This document shows, in pieces, positions 58,589-64,000 of a DNA stretch of 64,000 nt. The DNA lies in IMG/VR virus record IMGVR_UViG_3300032294_002710, positions 1 through 64,000 of that record, one strand, 5' to 3'. Each line of letters opens with the position of its first letter. The first letter of the stretch is position 1. Made by a program: the position numbers and the translations under genes. The stretch is from a virus. Under the pieces are notes generated by a model. That model worked only from the letters and a program-made list of their open reading frames with translations. It did no database searches and was not told where the DNA came from.

Positions 58589-59047
58589 ATGAACGCTCAT
58601 AAAAAATTACGAGAACTTGGTTTTAAAAAGACCAATTTTTATAAGCCAGGTTATGACCCTGAGACTTATGAATCTTGTATGCTTTTAGATGAGTATGATA
58701 CTAAATGGGAAACAGTTAATGGTAAAAGAGTTTCAGTAAAAGTTAATAAGATACATCCTAAATCAGATTCATTTTGGGTTTTAAAGTATAATGAAAATTA
58801 TATACTTTGGTGTTATGTGAAGTCACATCAAATAGACAAAATATGGGTAGAGAATAAATTAGGAAAGAGTCGAAGTAAAAGTAGGTTGTTATATTATGGT
58901 GTTGGTTCGGGTGATGATAGGTTAAAAATGGTTTTTGATTATAATAACAGGGAATCAAATCCATTACAAGGTAAAAATCAAATTATGAATTTACTACCTA
59001 AAGAAGTAAAAAGAGATTTCTTACTTGAACAACTTTTTGGATTTTAA
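58589..59047 (+). CDS. Hypothetical protein
   Basis: 152 aa; TATATTTG element 5 nt before the ATG. Confidence 0.55.
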   Translation: MNAHKKLRELGFKKTNFYKPGYDPETYESCMLLDEYDTKWETVNGKRVSVKVNKIHPKSDSFWVLKYNENYILWCYVKSHQIDKIWVENKLGKSRSKSRLLYYGVGSGDDRLKMVFDYNNRESNPLQGKNQIMNLLPKEVKRDFLLEQLFGF

Positions 59048-59067
59048 TATATAATATTGTATATTTG
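59036..59067 (+). promoter_or_regulatory. Composite promoter (TTTG-N20-TATATTTG with nested AATATATA) of the release-factor gene
   Basis: TTTG at 59036-39 and TATATTTG at 59060-67; near-identical to the tmRNA promoter. Confidence 0.65.
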
Positions 59068-59071
59068 TACT

Positions 59072-59127
59072 ATGTTTAAAATTTGACTACATAATTATTA
59101 GCGTCTGTGAGTAAAAATCTACTCACA
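59072..59127 (+). promoter_or_regulatory. Candidate leader: uORF M-F-K-I-UGA-L-H-N-Y-UAG plus 8-bp hairpin
   Basis: ATG TTT AAA ATT TGA CTA CAT AAT TAT TAG (59072-59101), then TGTGAGTA-aaaatc-TACTCACA (59106-59127). Confidence 0.45.
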
Positions 59128-59163
59128 AACAATTTTATTGTCTAAAAAATAAAAATAATAATT

Positions 59164-59841
59164 ATGGAACAAATCATTATAGAAATAAGAGCCGCTGAAG
59201 GTGGACAAGATTCAAAACTACTTGTTGAAGATTTAAGAGATATCTATCTCAAAACTGCTAGAGTTAATAACTTTGATTATAAAGTTACTAATCGTGATGG
59301 ATTTACATCAATTTGACTGACTGGTCAGGGAGTTAAATCACTTTTTAAAAACGAAAGTGGTCCTCATCGTTGGTTAAGAATTCCACCAACTGAGAAGAGA
59401 GGTCGAACACAAACTTCAATTATCACTGTTGCACTAACCGATCCTAATGATAAATTAGATTTCAGGTTTAATCGAAATGAGGTTATAAAACAATATACTC
59501 GTAGTAGCGGAAAAGGTGGACAGAATGTTAATCGTAGATCTACCTGTGTTCAATTAACCCATGTACCAACTGGTATTCAAGTTAAATGTCAGGATCAAAG
59601 AGATCAAAGTAAAAATGAGGAATTAGCTTGGATTCGTATTGAAGAGAAACTTAGAATAATACATGATGATTCTCAAAGTAAGACTATTTATCAAAATCGT
59701 TTTGATCAAGTTGGTACTGGTTCAAGATCGGATAAAAAAAGATCATATAGGATCAAAGAGAATTTGGTAGTTGATCATGAGACTGGTAAAACCTGCACAT
59801 TTACTGACTTCTTAAAGGGAAGAATTGATTTATTGTCCTAA
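59164..59841 (+). CDS. Class-I peptide chain release factor (RF1-like, lacking domain 1) with in-frame UGA at codon 51
   Basis: Manual translation: MEQIIIEIRAAEGGQDS...GFTSI*LTG...ESGPHRWLRIPPTEKRGRTQTS...SGKGGQNVN...LTHVPTG...RSDKKRSY...LLS*. PxT and GGQ motifs are intact and both halves are in one frame. Confidence 0.88.
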
Positions 59842-60582
59842 TATTAATTTAAACTCCTCTTCATTTTTAAAACTTTTTTTGGTATTATTTTTCCTTTTGG
59901 TTATACAAAGGTTATCAAGTGATGATATTTCTTCTACTTGATAACCTTTTTTAAATCCTTCAAAGATAGAAATCTTGTGGTCTATTGTTGGATATCTTTC
60001 ATCGTTATAGTTAAGATTGAAGTTTATTTTTATATCTTCTCCGTCATAATAATCAAGTCCGTTCCATTCTTCTATTAGTTTCTTCTTATTTCTTTTGGTT
60101 AGATTGTCAATTAGTTTTCTGTATCTGATGTATTCACTCTTTTCGTCTTCAGATATAAAAATATTATTAATTTGAAAGTAATTATTTACAGACTTTGATA
60201 TTTTATCTTTAATTTCTGGATTATCCTCATAGAGTTTTAAAATAGAGTTTCTTATTTTTTCTCTAACTTCTGGTTTTTTTGCGGGATTTTTACCTCCAAT
60301 TTTTGAATCAGAGTATCTCTTTTTCGACTCATCACTTCTTACTTTACCTTTACAAGATAGACCGATTTTATCTTTATGTTCTTTAGATAATTTTTTTCCT
60401 TTGTGTGACTCAGATAGATTTTTCTTATGATCATCAGAAAAAATTTGTCCTTTTTTTACTTCTGATTGCTTTTTGTAGCCACATTTTCTACAAGAGGAGT
60501 TTTTATCATTTGCTATATTTAAAGAGTCCTTTGACTTATAAGTTATCTCGACAAAACATAATGGACAATTTCTTTTATACAT
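59830..60582 (-). CDS. HNH homing endonuclease with NUMOD3 repeats
   Basis: HKKNLSESHKGKKLSKEHKDKI NUMOD3 repeats; TIDHKIS...NLCITKRKNN HNH-like core. Confidence 0.75.
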   Translation of the reverse strand: MYKRNCPLCFVEITYKSKDSLNIANDKNSSCRKCGYKKQSEVKKGQIFSDDHKKNLSESHKGKKLSKEHKDKIGLSCKGKVRSDESKKRYSDSKIGGKNPAKKPEVREKIRNSILKLYEDNPEIKDKISKSVNNYFQINNIFISEDEKSEYIRYRKLIDNLTKRNKKKLIEEWNGLDYYDGEDIKINFNLNYNDERYPTIDHKISIFEGFKKGYQVEEISSLDNLCITKRKNNTKKSFKNEEEFKLILGQ

Positions 60583-60644
60583 AAAAATTATTGATTTATT
60601 TTTATATATTAAAATAATTAGGTCAAAAAGTGAATAAAGTCAAA

Positions 60645-61334
60645 TTATTTTTTACTTATTGTGTTTATAATATCTCTCTCACTTTCGGTTTTTTGAATAT
60701 TAAAATCAGTTAAATCAATGTCTCTAATTAGATTTCTGAATTTTCTATCGGTATATGACCAACTATTTGATTTTATAACAATATTGTTGTCTACTAGTCT
60801 AACAGTTGTGTCATTACTAAAATCACTTTTTGCTGCTGAATTTCTACTTTTAATTTCTTTAAAAGTCTGCATTAATTTAATATCACTTCTATCTACTTCG
60901 GTTTCTAATAATATGAATAGGTATATTGCTGGGTTATAGGTTATTGTTCCAACATTTATGTGTAAAAAGCAATTATCGTATCTTTCTGATATTTGATAAA
61001 GCTCTCTAAAAATACTGAATATCTTTTTATCTTTTATAAGATTTCTTTTTCCGAATCTATCTCCTAATTTTACAGTATCTTGAAGTTGGTCTAATTTAAT
61101 TTCTATGCAGAAACAATATTTATCATCATCATAAATTGGCTTATTGTGTAAAATATTTAATACCTTCTCACCAATTTGTCCTCTATCTAAAGCTTGTTTA
61201 CTAAAATACCCTTTATGTAGTTCGTAATTAATTAGTTCATCTCTTAGATCTAATAGTACATCACTAAGATCTTGCTCGTCTTCTTCATGTGCCTCTCTTA
61301 GTAACTCTATGAACTTTAATATTTTATTTTTCAT
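60645..61334 (-). CDS. Hypothetical protein with capsid-targeting-like peptide
   Basis: MKNKILKFIELLRE. Confidence 0.55.
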   Translation of the reverse strand: MKNKILKFIELLREAHEEDEQDLSDVLLDLRDELINYELHKGYFSKQALDRGQIGEKVLNILHNKPIYDDDKYCFCIEIKLDQLQDTVKLGDRFGKRNLIKDKKIFSIFRELYQISERYDNCFLHINVGTITYNPAIYLFILLETEVDRSDIKLMQTFKEIKSRNSAAKSDFSNDTTVRLVDNNIVIKSNSWSYTDRKFRNLIRDIDLTDFNIQKTESERDIINTISKK

Positions 61335-62118
61335 AGATATTTACTAAAAATTTAACTTTTATTTCACCTCTCATTGTCGGTGAATTTTTACTTGTTACTG
61401 TTTCAATGTCAAAAAAATGTTTAACTTGATAGATATCTGGTAAATTAAATAATTCTTCAGTTAATTTTATAAAAATCGATTTAATTTTTGATAACTCATC
61501 AATCATCTCTAATTCAATTTTATATGTTTTTTCTAAAGTCATATAGTACATTGGTAAAGATCCAGTTGTGTGCATTAGATTCATTTTAGAATCTTTTAAA
61601 AAAACTCTACTAACATTACATTCATATTTATTTGCTCTAAAATCTTTTAGAAGATCGTTAAAAGATCTAGCTGATTTTTTGTGATATAATGCTTTTGTTT
61701 CTAGACTATTTTCGTCAAATTTCAATCTTAGTTTTAAATATCCATCACCTCTTTTTAAATCAAATAATGAATAGTCTTCTATGTGATATAAAGATTCAAT
61801 TGCATAAGAGTGCATTCTTCTATCTTTTTCTTTACTCTCATTCGATTTAATATAGACTTCGATACATGGTGTTAGTCCAGCTGCTGCGTATGCTTCAGTC
61901 TTTTCCTCAACTTCCAATTTGTTCTCATATACATATTCAAAATTCTTTCCTTTTAGATAAAACTTTACCTCGATTGAAACATCTATCCCATCATGTAGTT
62001 CAGCAAATGATTCAAATATTTCATCTTCTGTGATAAACCAAATAGATTTTATAAAATTTTCATTTCTATCGTGTCTTCTGACGTATGTACTTTCAAAAAG
62101 ATATTTTAGACTTCTCAT
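61324..62118 (-). CDS. Hypothetical protein with capsid-targeting-like peptide
   Basis: MRSLKYLFES. Confidence 0.55.
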   Translation of the reverse strand: MRSLKYLFESTYVRRHDRNENFIKSIWFITEDEIFESFAELHDGIDVSIEVKFYLKGKNFEYVYENKLEVEEKTEAYAAAGLTPCIEVYIKSNESKEKDRRMHSYAIESLYHIEDYSLFDLKRGDGYLKLRLKFDENSLETKALYHKKSARSFNDLLKDFRANKYECNVSRVFLKDSKMNLMHTTGSLPMYYMTLEKTYKIELEMIDELSKIKSIFIKLTEELFNLPDIYQVKHFFDIETVTSKNSPTMRGEIKVKFLVNIYEK

Positions 62119-62119
62119 T

Positions 62120-62809
62120 TTATTTAAGTTTTTTATCTAATATTCTAGCGATATTTGAACCTATTGTGAAGTGTATGTTTCTAAGTGTATCTGTTTCAAT
62201 TGTCTCGAATTCTCCCATAAATTCAAATTGATATCTGTAAGTATCTGATTCATCATCATCAGTTTTTTTATCAATTTTATAAATTGATACAGATATTTTA
62301 TAGTTATTATTTACATCAATTTCAAAATCGAAAGTCACTTCATCACAAGGTGTAGTCTTGAATTTTGGTTCATACTTAACATCAAAAATACTATAGTCTG
62401 TTATTTTAGCTCTTCTCATATAGTAGTTCAAAAACATAGCTGGTGCCTCTATAAAATCTGATAAAATTTGAATATCCTCTCCAAAGTCATTTGATTGTAT
62501 GATATCTTCAATTTTATTTTTCATATCAACTATTGTATTTATATCTACTTTTCTATAATTACAATTTATATCGTATAGATATATGAATGAATTATCAATT
62601 AACTGTTTTTTATCTAAATCAACTTTAAATATAAATTTAGTGTGTATAATAAGTGTGTCTTCGATTGAAAGACCATGTATTGATATTACTAATTTATAGA
62701 ATTTTTCATCCTCCGACATTTCATATACTGTGTCTATGGATTGTACTAATCCTTCTTCTTCCTCAAATATATCTTTAAATGTTTGTTCTATTTCTGCAAT
62801 TCTTATCAT
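62120..62809 (-). CDS. Hypothetical protein
   Basis: 229-aa acidic ORF in an operon. Confidence 0.55.
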   Translation of the reverse strand: MIRIAEIEQTFKDIFEEEEGLVQSIDTVYEMSEDEKFYKLVISIHGLSIEDTLIIHTKFIFKVDLDKKQLIDNSFIYLYDINCNYRKVDINTIVDMKNKIEDIIQSNDFGEDIQILSDFIEAPAMFLNYYMRRAKITDYSIFDVKYEPKFKTTPCDEVTFDFEIDVNNNYKISVSIYKIDKKTDDDESDTYRYQFEFMGEFETIETDTLRNIHFTIGSNIARILDKKLK

Positions 62810-62810
62810 A

Positions 62811-63905
62811 TTAAAAATTTTCTTTTATTTCTTGTAATAATTCTTCAAACGATGAGAATTTCATATCATATTCATTTTCTCCATCACCATATGGTCCAGA
62901 ATGACTCTCAGATCTTTTGACAAGTATTTCTTCTAAATCATTGAAGTCTATATTCCAATCTTCGTGAAATCCTTCTGAATATCCACTGGCACCAAAACCA
63001 ATATGAATTGTGTTATTTTCTTCATTGTATTCATAATCTAACCATTTTCCCCAACTCTCATCACTTTCCTCGTTGAGCTTTTTGGATATTTCATCCAGTT
63101 CATAGAAGAAATTTAAAAGAGTATCATCGTACCATTCATAAACTCTTTCAAATTGTTTATCATATGCGTATTTTTTTAACTCCATTACTTTACCAACATA
63201 TCCGTTTCTTCTCAATAATTTGAATACTAAGTTGCCGGTCGAATACTCACCACCTTCTTCTAATCCTGATTGTCTAGATTTTTTTATTTTCTTCCAGATT
63301 TTATCAATTTTTTCCTTAAATGCAGAATATTTATCTTCATCTACCTGAGATTCAATCTCGTCTACAACGTCCATTATTGCAGTTGCCTTTTTGGCTAGAA
63401 CTTCTTCATCTGGTACAAATTCTACTTTTTCTGGTTTCTTAATCCATTTATTTTTCATTAATGAAAATACACCACCCATTCTACCAGTTGATATACCTTC
63501 TTTAAGACTCTTAACATCTTGAAGAGCTACTTCAACTTCATATCCCTTTAGTGTGATATCGTGTTGCATATTCCATTGTTTTTTGGCATAATCGCAAAGT
63601 TTTTCTACAAGCTCTTCATTTTCATCTATTTCTTTATAATCAATAATTATATGTAGGTCATAGTCAGAATATTTTTCGGACCAGTTGTAATTACAAAGAG
63701 ATCCGCAGAATGCGATGTCTTTAACTTCACAGTTTAGTTCAACAGACTCAAAAAAATCTCTACCAATTTGAAGAAGATCTTCTCTTACTTTTGAGTCAAT
63801 TTCAAAATTGTCCCAAATTTTTGGATTTAGATCATCTTTTAAATAAAATGATTTAATTGGCTCAAGATCTTTTTGTTGAAATTCTTCAAATTTTTTGAAT
63901 CTCAT
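62811..63905 (-). CDS. Pol-beta-superfamily nucleotidyltransferase with capsid-targeting-like peptide
   Basis: GSLCNYNW..SDYDLHI (GS...DxD) plus a third acidic residue in EVEV; N-terminus MRFKKFEEF. Confidence 0.75.
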   Translation of the reverse strand: MRFKKFEEFQQKDLEPIKSFYLKDDLNPKIWDNFEIDSKVREDLLQIGRDFFESVELNCEVKDIAFCGSLCNYNWSEKYSDYDLHIIIDYKEIDENEELVEKLCDYAKKQWNMQHDITLKGYEVEVALQDVKSLKEGISTGRMGGVFSLMKNKWIKKPEKVEFVPDEEVLAKKATAIMDVVDEIESQVDEDKYSAFKEKIDKIWKKIKKSRQSGLEEGGEYSTGNLVFKLLRRNGYVGKVMELKKYAYDKQFERVYEWYDDTLLNFFYELDEISKKLNEESDESWGKWLDYEYNEENNTIHIGFGASGYSEGFHEDWNIDFNDLEEILVKRSESHSGPYGDGENEYDMKFSSFEELLQEIKENF

Positions 63906-64000
63906 TATCGCAGTTCATTTTTTTATATATATTAAAAATCACTTCTGAAATTATAAGTGAATAGTTAAAAACAAAAAACTAAAAGTGGATTATAATAATA

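Noticed and set aside
59314-59316. Genome-wide UGA reassignment (code 4/25) or selenocysteine
   Set aside because: Several genes end at TGA, some with ATGA/GTGA coupling, and long genes lack internal TGA. The position is not a catalytic Cys site and no convincing SECIS is visible.
2810-60939. Short antisense or alternate-frame ORFs in the track (e.g. 2810, 9304, 10066, 13440, 16202, 21393, 22832, 45935, 47942, 48275, 48491, 49686, 50557, 60718)
   Set aside because: They are nested in well-supported genes and have no motifs or promoter; they are expected by-products of codon bias.

Overview
AT-rich segment of a T4-like (myovirus) jumbo phage genome in the standard genetic code. The host is probably a Bacteroidota member, judged from TTTG-N20-TAnnTTTG promoters, SD-less A-rich leaders and Bacteroidota-like ClpS/GSII/tmRNA. 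T4-type morphogenesis genes (terminase, sheath, tube, baseplate, gp25, gp15, gp4, gp2, portal, protease-scaffold fusion, major capsid) are scattered on both strands among gp55 late sigma, clamp loader, Mre11/gp47, auxiliary metabolic genes (gmd, glnII), NADAR, a Dam-like MTase and an HNH endonuclease. Main findings: (1) A release-factor gene missing from the ORF track (59164-59841) is split by an in-frame UGA and preceded by a mini-uORF with the same ATT-TGA-CT context plus a hairpin. It shares a near-identical composite promoter with a phage tmRNA carrying an unusually long tag, suggesting a termination-sensing ribosome-rescue module. (2) About 18 unrelated proteins share an N-terminal capsid-targeting-like peptide. 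(3) A palindromic AATATATA late promoter sits 4-6 nt before many start codons, implying leaderless late mRNAs. (4) There are degenerate paralogues of the capsid protein and prohead protease. (5) There is a candidate +1 frameshift in a baseplate/tail chaperone pair. All assignments come from motif recognition by eye; no database searches were run.
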